Notes under the pieces: model-generated
What the model saw: the letters and a program-made list of their open reading frames with translations, nothing else
What the model was told of the DNA's origin: nothing
Databases searched by the model: none
Shown here: positions 45,301 through 53,847 of the stretch, one piece after another
Layout of the letters: each line of letters starts with the position of its first letter
Numbering within the stretch: position 1 is the stretch's first letter
Virus record (IMG/VR): IMGVR_UViG_3300027759_004177
Location: 186,001 to 250,000 of that record
Length of the DNA: 64,000 nt
Reading direction: 5' to 3' (one strand)
Translations under genes and position numbers: made by a program

Positions 45301-45689
45301 TCAGCAGGTGTGTTGCTTGGACGCACACTGGTACCGACCAATTGATCCAGGTCAATGTCGGCACGAATAGCATATAACTGATTGCCTAGGCCCAAGGCAC
45401 TATAAGCTGTCATTAATCCGTATTCGTTTAGTTCGCCAGCGTGTATTGGTGTACCCGCAGAACTTAGTCGGAATGTGGGTGTGCCCATTGCTGTCACCAA
45501 GTCACGCTGACTGGTAAAGCTCTGCAATTTGCCTGCATTGGCTGCAGATGTACCCGATGCTATTGCACCGTTATAAGTCTTATCTTGTGCTGTTGCTAAT
45601 ACCACTAGTGGTACTGATCCAACTGCGTTAGATACGTATTGACTCTGATCGTTAATGGAAATTTGAATTCCTGGGGAAACTAGTGCCAT
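42363..45689 (-). CDS. Contractile tail sheath protein (gp18-like) with large insertion domains
   Basis: LVSPGIQI..D.S, PWFAPAG..RG, LY..NINPI, WGQET, RVNVVRL, LFEPND, PARDVEFIYI. Confidence 0.93.
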   Translation of the reverse strand: MALVSPGIQISINDQSQYVSNAVGSVPLVVLATAQDKTYNGAIASGTSAANAGKLQSFTSQRDLVTAMGTPTFRLSSAGTPIHAGELNEYGLMTAYSALGLGNQLYAIRADIDLDQLVGTSVRPSNTPADGTYWLDSVNTEWGIYSLNRTDVDFDHVTPLVITDSTQVENDNAFAYNVPKPKQSVGAIGTYAIVAVDTDGTNPNVLRLWKKTGTDSVATGTGGPGSNVWVQVGSTAWQLSTPAVTGTIATPGVTIGQTLVLNGSTVTATGITSTTLASDINTAAITGVKAAAVGGKLTLFCTSAATSGRVTVASGTMNVSTVLGITPGTYFAPYLFYGDYAETPSGGWFTTDSQPRPTGSIWWKLGSTGAGLNPIMKKYSSATGTFQALNVPAFLNTDNAVYGLDPIGGGVNIAEGQTIVTYSVNDTTSNGLRFYNHRARNAYEPNGESVAFTGTPTAFTAGNSFSIDYTTPGVEEVGAPITITLSGTTTASFVTDILSANIPYVTASLESNGTIKITHQTGGQLILLDVSGTPLTAAGFAADADGEATKGSGYIQNTVTGAFVISAFNNLTHESQLEITDSAPYAAPANGTYWYYSSAADVDIMINNNGWKGYQNVSSDSRGYNLGNTDPAGVIVTATEPLTQSDASALVAGDLWLDTSDLINYPKLYRYTGTAWAAINTSDQTTSNGIVFADARWDTDGTKDPIVDDLPAITSLLTSNYLDLDAPDYRLYPRGALLFNTRRSGYNVKQYRSNYYNDVSFPDVGANSIGLPTSLPAEAGAWVSSSGLNTDGSMKAGTAAQRAIVVAAMSSAIDSNLEVREDLYQFNLLVAPGYPELIDNLVTLNSDRGDTGFVIGDTPMTLAATSTAINNWNSNTDGNGLATASPYLAVYYPSGVTTDLTGNTVAVPASYSVLRTFLYSDNVSYPWFAPAGTHRGLVSNIQDVGYVDANTGAWTHNSIGQGLRDSLYTMNINPITQLPGVGIVVWGQETKSGTSTARNRVNVVRLENYLRTIFKSISNGYLFEPNDQVTRKSISTQIESALNDILSKRGIYDFLVVCDSSNNTSSTIANNQLYVDVAIEPARDVEFIYIPIALYNPGALASLGTSST

Positions 45690-45801
45690 GGTTATAATCC
45701 TTTATATATCATGTTAAAGTTATTTATTACGAAGTGGCATTTTTTGGGCACAATGGTGCCCTTATTTAAGGTTTGTTAATGCGTTTGCGGTTAAATACAG
45801 T

Positions 45802-46149
45802 ATGACCAGACCGTTATGCCCGACTTGTAATGCCAGACCCGTAGCTATCAATTGCTATCGTGGTGAACACACCTACTATCGTCGGCAATGCGACGCTTGT
45901 TTACGTATAGGGAAAAAATTAAAACCCAAACCGCCAGCTTGGGCCCAGAGTGGTTATAAGAAAAAAGAACGTTGCGAACTATGCAACTTCAAAGCCAAAC
46001 ATATAAAACAGTTGTTTGTGTATCATGTGGATGGCAATTTAAAAAATACCAACACGTTCAATTTGAAAACTGTGTGTGCCAATTGCACCATTGAATTAGC
46101 CGTTAGTCAGATGCCGTGGCGGCAGGCTCCGCTAGTACCAGATTTTTAA
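45802..46149 (+). CDS. Zinc-binding HNH-like protein
   Basis: Four CxxC pairs; YHVDGNLKN...NLKTVCANC. Confidence 0.7.
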   Translation: MTRPLCPTCNARPVAINCYRGEHTYYRRQCDACLRIGKKLKPKPPAWAQSGYKKKERCELCNFKAKHIKQLFVYHVDGNLKNTNTFNLKTVCANCTIELAVSQMPWRQAPLVPDF

Positions 46150-46744
46150 TGTTTGTGTACAACTCATCAATGGTGCCGTTGTTGTCAATTTCATAATCAA
46201 ATCGAGTACCTACCCAGGCAGTTTCACTGATGTGAACACCTTGTGCCAGTAAGTATGCCACAGCACTTTGCACCTGTTGATTGGCTGCCACTGCTGAATC
46301 ATACCAGTATGGCAATATACCGCGTTTGACCCAGACAATTTTACCGCCGGCGTTGCGTATGCTTTGTATTTCATTAGGGAATCGCACATCACTGATGACA
46401 GTATTGTCGCTACGACGGCTTAGACGTGCTTCTAGTGCAGCAATCCAGATATCATCATGGAATGCTCGACGACATACCTCAGTACCCCAGTATTGCAACA
46501 CCCAACGTGGGGTAAGATTTGGCATATTTAAACGCTTTGCCCACCAGGCATCCACCTGTTCTCTCCAGGCTCTAGCTTCTGGAGTACGACCTTCTAATAG
46601 CTCTCGGTCCCATCCAAACACAGCCGCCACAGCATCTTTGAGTGTGCCAGCAAAGCTGTCTCTACGATAGCCGTGAAACCCAACCAAATAGTCAGCAATG
46701 GTATCTTTACCGCTACCAATAAACCCACATACGCCGATGATCAT
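46103..46744 (-). CDS. Deoxynucleoside monophosphate kinase (T4 gp1-like)
   Basis: GFIGSGKDT P-loop, SFA..LK, TPRWVLQYWGTE, ISDVRFPNE, HISE. Confidence 0.9.
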   Translation of the reverse strand: MIIGVCGFIGSGKDTIADYLVGFHGYRRDSFAGTLKDAVAAVFGWDRELLEGRTPEARAWREQVDAWWAKRLNMPNLTPRWVLQYWGTEVCRRAFHDDIWIAALEARLSRRSDNTVISDVRFPNEIQSIRNAGGKIVWVKRGILPYWYDSAVAANQQVQSAVAYLLAQGVHISETAWVGTRFDYEIDNNGTIDELYTNIKNLVLAEPAATASD

Positions 46745-46748
46745 AAAA

Positions 46749-46798
46749 ATGCTCCGTGTTATAGGAGCATTGTAACATGTTTCGTCGTAGTGTGTCAA
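46749..46798 (-). promoter_or_regulatory. Sigma70-type promoter plus SD-occluding hairpin for dNMP kinase
   Basis: TTGACA-18nt-TACAAT; ATGCTCC-TATAACAC-GGAGCAT hairpin contains the GGAG SD. Confidence 0.6.
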
Positions 46799-46799
46799 G

Positions 46800-47756
46800 T
46801 TAGCCGGTTACCCAGGTTAGTGGCTGACTTCCATCTACGTAGGTTTTTAATTCTTCTTCTAGTTTTTCCATTTCGGCCAAGGCTTCTTGTTTGAGAGCAT
46901 CGCCATTTAGACTTGCTCCACCTTGTGGTCCGGCAATTTGGCTGAACTTGCTACGTGCTTCTCCCAAAATACGCTTGCAGAAGCTATAGGCGTACTCTTG
47001 AATCCAAGGAAAAGCATAGGTGTCATTGAGAATCATTTGGTCTGGTTTGGTATTGTACATCCAAAGCAGTACACTTTCTTGTTGATCTATTGGGGGATTA
47101 ACACCCTGGAACGGCATTTTACGAACCACTGTTAATTTTTTAGTTGTGGGATTGAATGTGTAATTCATAAAGCCACCAAACATCTTCATGGCCAATTTTT
47201 GATAGTCTACAAATAGCTCGTAACTTGTTAGTCCTCCCACACGACCTGCTACCAGCATGTATGTGTTCAAGTATCCGGACGCAAACGGTTCAAATTGGCT
47301 AGCAGTTGTACCTGTCACGCTGCCGATACCACGACGATAAACAGCACGGACTGTTTGTACTTCTTTAGGTAAAATATATTCCTGCGTTTCAGGCATCAAC
47401 TGTAAATGACAGTAACTTTCTTCTACGCTATTCTGTGCTTTTTGACGATACTTGATCAAGGCCTGTGTAATGCCCATTTCATAGTGTTCTTTGTCTAGCT
47501 CAACATCAACAATGCCATCGCCTAGACGCATACGAACATAATCAGTGATTGCGGCTCGTAGACTGTTGGTGGTGCTGCCGTATTCCCAGTTAGGATCTGT
47601 GACGCCGCTTTGACTTACAGTGGCACTTCCTGGAAAAGCTATGTGTGCGCCGGACTGTGTACCTGTGTTGGCGTTGAACAGGCTGGCTGTATCTATGTTG
47701 TTCTTAGCGTCGTATCCAGCTTCAGCTGTTACGTTACCTGCAAATGGTGTGGCCAT
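46800..47756 (-). CDS. Neck protein (gp13-like)
   Basis: RLGDGIVDVEL, LGEARSKF..IAGPQGGASLNG..LK.EA..E. Confidence 0.75.
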   Translation of the reverse strand: MATPFAGNVTAEAGYDAKNNIDTASLFNANTGTQSGAHIAFPGSATVSQSGVTDPNWEYGSTTNSLRAAITDYVRMRLGDGIVDVELDKEHYEMGITQALIKYRQKAQNSVEESYCHLQLMPETQEYILPKEVQTVRAVYRRGIGSVTGTTASQFEPFASGYLNTYMLVAGRVGGLTSYELFVDYQKLAMKMFGGFMNYTFNPTTKKLTVVRKMPFQGVNPPIDQQESVLLWMYNTKPDQMILNDTYAFPWIQEYAYSFCKRILGEARSKFSQIAGPQGGASLNGDALKQEALAEMEKLEEELKTYVDGSQPLTWVTG

Positions 47757-47781
47757 TGATTACTCCGTTATACAGTATTTA

Positions 47782-48963
47782 TTACTGTACACGAAGTAAG
47801 ATGGTTTCTAGATTGATGCGTCCGTTGAGCTTGGTTTCTGTGGCTTTGATATTGTCCAAGAACTTACGCAACTCCACTTTGGTAGCACGAGCAAACTCCT
47901 TGAGCTTTTCCTCGGGTTTACGTAGTGTTTTTGACGTAGATCTGTGTTCATCGTAGCCAATAATGCCGGTTCCTTTGACGTTTAAGGGTCCTTTTAAACT
48001 GTCAGCTATGTACTTGCCCAGCTTGCGTGTTTTGGTATTATAAACCCATAGCTCTTGTGCGCCAATGATGTCTGCGGGATTGACGCTGATCAGTCGCATG
48101 ACCTTGTCTTCTCGGGCATACTTGAGCTTGCTGACTACTTTTTCTTTGCTTACCGATTTAGGAGCACGTACCTTCTTGGTGGCTTTTTTAACTCCGCGAT
48201 ATTGAATAATGTCGTTTAGGATTTGATCAATAAAAGCAAATATACGTTTGAAGTCTGCGGTTTTATAATGGCTGTATCCTTCTTGTAGCTGTTCGTCGGC
48301 TCGTTCAAATGCCAGTTTAAGTTCATCGAACCTGGCTTGATATACTGCTTCGTACTTGCTTAACTGACTTTGAGGGACATTGTTGGCCACAAGATAATCA
48401 TAAGGCTTGAACTGATACTTGGGATTTGCAATAAATTCATCATAGTGTCCTTCTAGTTCGCCGATGGTGTCGGCTGTTTTTTCGTTTAGTCTGTCCTGGA
48501 TGGTAGGAACATGGGCTCGGGGTTTTTCTTCTACCACAACTTCAACAACTTCTTCTGCACTTTTACTGTTGATGCTTTCAAGTATGTTGGCATCAATGAA
48601 CTCGATGTGTCGTTCCTGTAAAGGCATGCCTTGGCGATGTGCCATGATGAGTCCGCAAGTGGTCATGCTTACTGTACGGTCGCTGGCACGTTCGAATGCT
48701 CGGATTTCATCGGCATCGAAGTCCTTGACCACTTTCATCCAGGCAACCACGTGCTTTTTTAAATCCTTTTGAGTATAGAAATAATTGTAATAGGTCAAGC
48801 TCTTACGCATGAAGTGGTCAAATTCTTCGAACGACATGGCCTTGGCACGTTCAGTGTCCCACTTGGGTTCTTCGCCTATGTACTTTTCATCAAGTAATAA
48901 ACTGTTTCTGGGTGCTGCTTTTTTAGTCTTGCTTGTTTTACCGTTGATTTTGATATTTGCCAT
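47782..48963 (-). CDS. Hypothetical protein
   Basis: 393-aa basic ORF; C-terminal LWVYNTKTRKL...KTLRKP...NGRIN. Confidence 0.75.
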   Translation of the reverse strand: MANIKINGKTSKTKKAAPRNSLLLDEKYIGEEPKWDTERAKAMSFEEFDHFMRKSLTYYNYFYTQKDLKKHVVAWMKVVKDFDADEIRAFERASDRTVSMTTCGLIMAHRQGMPLQERHIEFIDANILESINSKSAEEVVEVVVEEKPRAHVPTIQDRLNEKTADTIGELEGHYDEFIANPKYQFKPYDYLVANNVPQSQLSKYEAVYQARFDELKLAFERADEQLQEGYSHYKTADFKRIFAFIDQILNDIIQYRGVKKATKKVRAPKSVSKEKVVSKLKYAREDKVMRLISVNPADIIGAQELWVYNTKTRKLGKYIADSLKGPLNVKGTGIIGYDEHRSTSKTLRKPEEKLKEFARATKVELRKFLDNIKATETKLNGRINLETILLRVQ

Positions 48964-48972
48964 AGTGAATCC

Positions 48973-49224
48973 TTAGTTTAATAGTGTGGCTAAAACAATA
49001 TACTGTTCCAGTGTTGTCAATGTTTCTAATAATTTATCATTAAGTTCTTTGTATTGTACAGTATTTTTTCCTACTTTGCGACAGTTAATTTCTTCTTTAC
49101 TTATTTCACGCTGTATATCATGGCAATTCTTCCAGATCTTTTTCAAATCTGTGCTTTGATGTCCGGGCAATTTAACTATAGTGAAAAAAGCCTGGTCCAA
49201 ACGATACTTGATATCCGGGTCCAT
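48973..49224 (-). CDS. Hypothetical protein
   Basis: ATG 49224 just downstream of a sigma70 promoter. Confidence 0.65.
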   Translation of the reverse strand: MDPDIKYRLDQAFFTIVKLPGHQSTDLKKIWKNCHDIQREISKEEINCRKVGKNTVQYKELNDKLLETLTTLEQYIVLATLLN

Positions 49225-49230
49225 AACAAC

Positions 49231-49259
49231 ATTATACATTAAAAGGATTTATGGGTCAA
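49231..49259 (-). promoter_or_regulatory. Sigma70-type promoter, near-identical to the tRNA-array promoter
   Basis: TTGACC-17nt-TATAAT; 26 of 29 positions match 10749-10777. Confidence 0.75.
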
Positions 49260-49293
49260 GCCACGATAAATACTACAATTAACAGGATTCTAT

Positions 49294-50664
49294 ATGCCAC
49301 GTTTAAGCCTTTGGCAAGATGGTAAACACTCAAATGATTACAAGTTCATGGATAGACGCATATCCGAAATGTTTACCATTGGTGGTACGGGTATCCTGGT
49401 CAACAAATACCTGGGCGTAAATACCCAGGGCACCAACAAAGCCACCAGCGCCGCACAAGCATCTGAAGATTTTGATTTGAGTTTTTCCAATACTACTGGA
49501 ATTAATGTCAAAGATTTTGCATTTGGGCCTGGCATTCCTGCTGGAGCACAGGTAGCCAGCAAAACCGCAACCACAGTAACATTAAACACAGTGACCACAT
49601 CTGCTGTGGCCAGCGGAACAACTGTTGGCTTTGGCCCGGATGCTACCAAACCCAGTTACGCTAACCAAAGTGAACAAAACATACAAGACTTGCTGTGGTT
49701 AGAAAATCGTGATCGCAAGTATGATCGTGATGTTTATAAAATGCGTGGTATCTATCAACGTGCTGATCAAGACTTTGATCTAAGCCAATTTGGCCTGTTC
49801 CTGCAAACTGGTACAATCTTCATGGTGTTTCATTTGCGTGACATGGTTGATCAGATTGGTCGTAAGCTCATAGCCGGCGATGTGCTAGAGCTACAACACC
49901 TAAAAGATTACGATGCCTTAGACGGAGATTTGCCTGCGGCATTAAAACGTTACTATGTGGTTGGTGATGCCAGTTTTGCAAGCGAAGGATTCAGTCCCAC
50001 TTGGTGGCCACACCTGTGGAGAGTTAAACTTAACCCGCTGGTAGACAGTCAAGAGTACAAAGATATCTTGGATAATATTGCAGCCAGCGATACCACAGAT
50101 ACTCCAGTGGGACAAATTTTAAGTACCTACAACACATTCTTGGATATCAATCAAAGTATTATTACTCAGGCCGAGATCGACGTACCCAAAAGTGGTTACG
50201 ATACCAGTCCAATTTTTACTTTGCCGACCACTGCACGTGGCAGTGATCCAATCGGTGCTCCCATCACTGCTGACAATGCCAGTATCAACTCCGGCAATAC
50301 TAGTCCTACCGCGGATTCAGGTGTGTCAAGTCCATTACGCAAGGTGTCTGGTTATTTAACTGGCGATGGTGTTGCTCCAAATGGTTTAGCCACTGGTGCC
50401 GGTGTTGCATTTCCTGCCAATCCAACCGAGGGGGAATATTTCTTGCGTTTGGATTACTTACCAAATCGTTTATTTCGTTATAGTGGACGTCATTGGGCTC
50501 GTGTAGAAGATAGTGTAAGAACTTCATTAACTCCAGGCACAGATAATAAAACACAACGTGGTAGTTATGTAAATAATACTAACACTTACACAGACGCTGA
50601 CGGCGTGACGCATAATGAGCGTCAACCGCTGAGTCGTGTACTAACACCGAAAGCAGATAATTAA
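49294..50664 (+). CDS. Neck/head-closure protein (gp14-like)
   Basis: IQDLLWLENRDRKY, DLSQFGLF, GDVLEL; TAAATA and SD; precedes gp15-like gene. Confidence 0.65.
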   Translation: MPRLSLWQDGKHSNDYKFMDRRISEMFTIGGTGILVNKYLGVNTQGTNKATSAAQASEDFDLSFSNTTGINVKDFAFGPGIPAGAQVASKTATTVTLNTVTTSAVASGTTVGFGPDATKPSYANQSEQNIQDLLWLENRDRKYDRDVYKMRGIYQRADQDFDLSQFGLFLQTGTIFMVFHLRDMVDQIGRKLIAGDVLELQHLKDYDALDGDLPAALKRYYVVGDASFASEGFSPTWWPHLWRVKLNPLVDSQEYKDILDNIAASDTTDTPVGQILSTYNTFLDINQSIITQAEIDVPKSGYDTSPIFTLPTTARGSDPIGAPITADNASINSGNTSPTADSGVSSPLRKVSGYLTGDGVAPNGLATGAGVAFPANPTEGEYFLRLDYLPNRLFRYSGRHWARVEDSVRTSLTPGTDNKTQRGSYVNNTNTYTDADGVTHNERQPLSRVLTPKADN

Positions 50665-52040
50665 TGCCAGTTCAATTTGCCTATGATGGCCAAATACGCC
50701 GTTTTGTCCTGCAGTTTGTACGCATGGTATCAAACTTCCAAGTAGAATTTGGAAAAAATGCCGACGGTGATCGTACCTTACAAACTGTTCCTGTGTACTA
50801 TGGAGATATCAGTCGCCAGGCTGCAATGATTTTAAACAATGGTAGTGAAAATACACTTAATGCTGTGCCAGCCATGGCCTGTTATATCAGTGGCTTGTCA
50901 TACGATCAATCAAGACTACAAAATCCTTACTACGAAGGTGTTGTTCGTATTCGTGAACGTGTGTATAACGATGTTGATCAAGAATACGAACGCAGTCAAG
51001 ATGGCATCTATACTGTGGAACGACTAATGCCGGCTCCATATAAACTGACCATGAAGTTGGACATATGGACCAGCAATACAGAACAAAAACATCAGATGAT
51101 TGAACAAATGATGCCCCTGTTTAATCCTGGCCTAGAAATACAAAGCACAGATAATTATGTAGACTGGTCAAGTCTAAGCGTTGTTCTGCTAACAGATGTG
51201 CAGTATTCTAGTAGAACTGTGCCGCAAGGCGGAGAAGAAAACATTGATGTTGCTACACTGACATTTGAAATGCCCATATGGCTCAGTCTACCTGCCAAGG
51301 TCAAGAAGATGGGCGTTGTTGCACAAATTATTGCCAGTATCTATGACGCACAAGGCGATCTCAGTCCCGAAGTTGTGTTTGCAACACAGGGTCTAATGAG
51401 TCAGCAAAGGTTTACTCCAATGAGTTACGAATTGGTCTATGTGGGCAACACATTAACATTATACAAAAACAATGCCACCGAGGCTGAAGATGGTGTCATA
51501 TATGGTACCAAAGTGCGTTGGGCCAACTTGGTTAATTTATACGGCAAGCTGACCAATGGTATCAGTGAAGTTAGACTAACGTTTGCATATCCAGACGGCC
51601 CGCATGAAATTGCTGGGACAGTTGCATTTAGTCCCACAGACGAAACACAGTTGTTGTTTACTCCGTTTGAAGCCACATTGCCGGCCAATACCTTAGATGC
51701 GGTTGATGCCATTATTGATCCAAGAAACGTTACTGTAGACAGCAACATACTGAGTCCTGCCGCAGGTACTAGATATTTGATATTGAATTCAATTGGCGAC
51801 ATTGCCACTGAAAGTCCTGTTGCATGGGCCGGTGAACCAGGGACCAATTTGGTTGCTCGTGCCAATGATATCATTGAATGGAATGGTAGTTATTGGACAG
51901 TGGCGTTTGACAGTAGAGAACCTGCTGTGCAATATGTGTCTAACTTGACTACCACTGTACAATATCGCTGGACCGGATCAGAATGGGTCAAGAGTTACGA
52001 AGGCTTGTATGGATCAGGCGAGTGGAGTTTGGTACTGTAA
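50664..52040 (+). CDS. Tail terminator / sheath stabilizer (gp15-like)
   Basis: YDGQIRRF, VPVYYGD, PAPYKL...QKHQMIEQMMPLFNP, LTFEMPIWLSLP. Confidence 0.75.
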   Translation: MPVQFAYDGQIRRFVLQFVRMVSNFQVEFGKNADGDRTLQTVPVYYGDISRQAAMILNNGSENTLNAVPAMACYISGLSYDQSRLQNPYYEGVVRIRERVYNDVDQEYERSQDGIYTVERLMPAPYKLTMKLDIWTSNTEQKHQMIEQMMPLFNPGLEIQSTDNYVDWSSLSVVLLTDVQYSSRTVPQGGEENIDVATLTFEMPIWLSLPAKVKKMGVVAQIIASIYDAQGDLSPEVVFATQGLMSQQRFTPMSYELVYVGNTLTLYKNNATEAEDGVIYGTKVRWANLVNLYGKLTNGISEVRLTFAYPDGPHEIAGTVAFSPTDETQLLFTPFEATLPANTLDAVDAIIDPRNVTVDSNILSPAAGTRYLILNSIGDIATESPVAWAGEPGTNLVARANDIIEWNGSYWTVAFDSREPAVQYVSNLTTTVQYRWTGSEWVKSYEGLYGSGEWSLVL

Positions 52041-52468
52041 TGGCCGCACACACCGAGGGCGTTGGTGCATTAATTTACGCTCGATCATCCAATCGTTACT
52101 TGTTCTTGTTGAGAAACAAAAGCCGACATGCTGGATCCTGGGGCATTGTGGGTGGAAAAATTGAAACAGGTGAGACTGTCATACACGGGCTAGTTAGAGA
52201 AATACGTGAAGAAATTGGTGTTGACTATTCTGCTCGTAAATTTATTCCATTAGAAACGTTTACCGCAGACAATCGTAAATTTGTTTATTATACATTTGTG
52301 GTCAGTGTAGAAGAAGAATTTGTGCCACGCTTGAATGATGAGCATCGTGGATATTGCTGGGTAGGATTAAATGATCATCCGATGCCGTTGCATCCAGGAC
52401 TTTGGCGAAGTTTTAATTTTGACATTGTCAAAAAGAAAATTAAAACTTTAGAATCAATCTTAAAATAA
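52040..52468 (+). CDS. Nudix hydrolase
   Basis: Nudix box GGKIETGETVIHGLVREIREEIG. Confidence 0.9.
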   Translation: MAAHTEGVGALIYARSSNRYLFLLRNKSRHAGSWGIVGGKIETGETVIHGLVREIREEIGVDYSARKFIPLETFTADNRKFVYYTFVVSVEEEFVPRLNDEHRGYCWVGLNDHPMPLHPGLWRSFNFDIVKKKIKTLESILK

Positions 52469-52469
52469 A

Positions 52470-53153
52470 TTAACCAATATCTGCTTCAAGCACAAAATCA
52501 CGGAAACTGATTTGTCTAAAATTTAATTTATTAACAAGAGCACCCGAACAGTCTGCTGCAGCCGACATCATAATACGTACAAATTCTACATCAGAATAAA
52601 CATCCATCACAGTTGATAGTGTTTTTACATAAAAAGTATCTTCGGTTGCATTGGTATAACCGTCATAGCCCATCAGATAAACTTTTTTGTGTCCGTCAAA
52701 GCAGGCCAGGTATGCAGCCAAGGCTCCAGCATCGTATGTTGGGTTTTGTGGGGTTAAATAAAACTTACCTGGGTATTGTACAATATATTGAGCATTGGTG
52801 TAAACGATATGATCGTCACAATAGCCAGACTCTGCAATGGTTTTAACTTTTTCTGCGTCAACTGCAACTAAAAAATCTGGAGTAAACTCTTGATATATCA
52901 AATTACAGGCATAACTTTGTAACTTGTCTCTGGCCAATATTCCGCCTCTGTGATTGGCAATATGTGCCAAATCAAAATCTTGACGACTGGGTCCATTACC
53001 TATTGCAATAGCCTGTGTTGTTGTAAACGAATTAAACACGCTGTTGGCAATATATTCTGTGCTGGGTTGCCATTCATTGTTGCCAAGTACTAGTTCGGTA
53101 ACAATGGATTCGCCGGCATAGTTACTGCGATAAAGTTTTTTTATAATTTGCAT
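52470..53153 (-). CDS. Hypothetical protein, MAF/GT29-like Rossmann motif
   Basis: AIGNGPS, YACN, PDFLVAVD, VYLMGYD. Confidence 0.55.
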   Translation of the reverse strand: MQIIKKLYRSNYAGESIVTELVLGNNEWQPSTEYIANSVFNSFTTTQAIAIGNGPSRQDFDLAHIANHRGGILARDKLQSYACNLIYQEFTPDFLVAVDAEKVKTIAESGYCDDHIVYTNAQYIVQYPGKFYLTPQNPTYDAGALAAYLACFDGHKKVYLMGYDGYTNATEDTFYVKTLSTVMDVYSDVEFVRIMMSAAADCSGALVNKLNFRQISFRDFVLEADIG

Positions 53154-53155
53154 GA

Positions 53156-53845
53156 TTAATGTTTTCCAACTACTATTTCAATAGTTTTTATATCATTGGC
53201 ATCAACAGAGTCCAGTGCCTTTCCTAAAATACATCCAGGCGCAAAAGAATCATTGTCAATCAACTGTGCTACGCCAGGCATATTGCTGGTTACCAATATA
53301 TCGCCTTTGGCAACTGGTCCTTGTACACGACAAGGAACACGACCAGTCAATGCCACTGACACCACTGTGTCGCCTTTCAATGTACCGTTCATTAGATATG
53401 CAGGATTTGTACTCACTACACCGGCTACAGCAGTACTGTGTGTTTGTTTGGAAATGGTAACTTCGTGTTCGCCACCAAATACAACCACTGTGGCAGGCTC
53501 ATATGGAGCATCGGCTACATAATTTTCTGCTAGGTCGGCGTATTTGGACTGAGAACTTACGCCATAAAAGGTGCCAAACCAAGCACTGGAACTGCCAATG
53601 TTTACTGCATTGTTGGATGTAGGCAACACGCTGGTTGACACATTAAGTATTGGTACTGTAAGGTTGGCCGTGGCATGAATCTGTGGCGCACTTACTTTGG
53701 CACTCAATGTGACTGAATTTGCTGTTAGATCAAAACTGGCCACACCAGTGGATCTGACCCATGCACCTTTGGTACTGTTATAGGTATAGATAACATTGTT
53801 TATTGTGGTTGTTTGATTGTTTGTTGGACTTGATGGAAATGCCAT
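53156..53845 (-). CDS. Short fibre protein with C-terminal intramolecular chaperone (peptidase G2/IMC-like)
   Basis: MAFPSSP N-terminal repeat; ADLAENY...GVVSTNPAYLMN...VALTGRVPC. Confidence 0.75.
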   Translation of the reverse strand: MAFPSSPTNNQTTTINNVIYTYNSTKGAWVRSTGVASFDLTANSVTLSAKVSAPQIHATANLTVPILNVSTSVLPTSNNAVNIGSSSAWFGTFYGVSSQSKYADLAENYVADAPYEPATVVVFGGEHEVTISKQTHSTAVAGVVSTNPAYLMNGTLKGDTVVSVALTGRVPCRVQGPVAKGDILVTSNMPGVAQLIDNDSFAPGCILGKALDSVDANDIKTIEIVVGKH

Positions 53846-53847
53846 GA

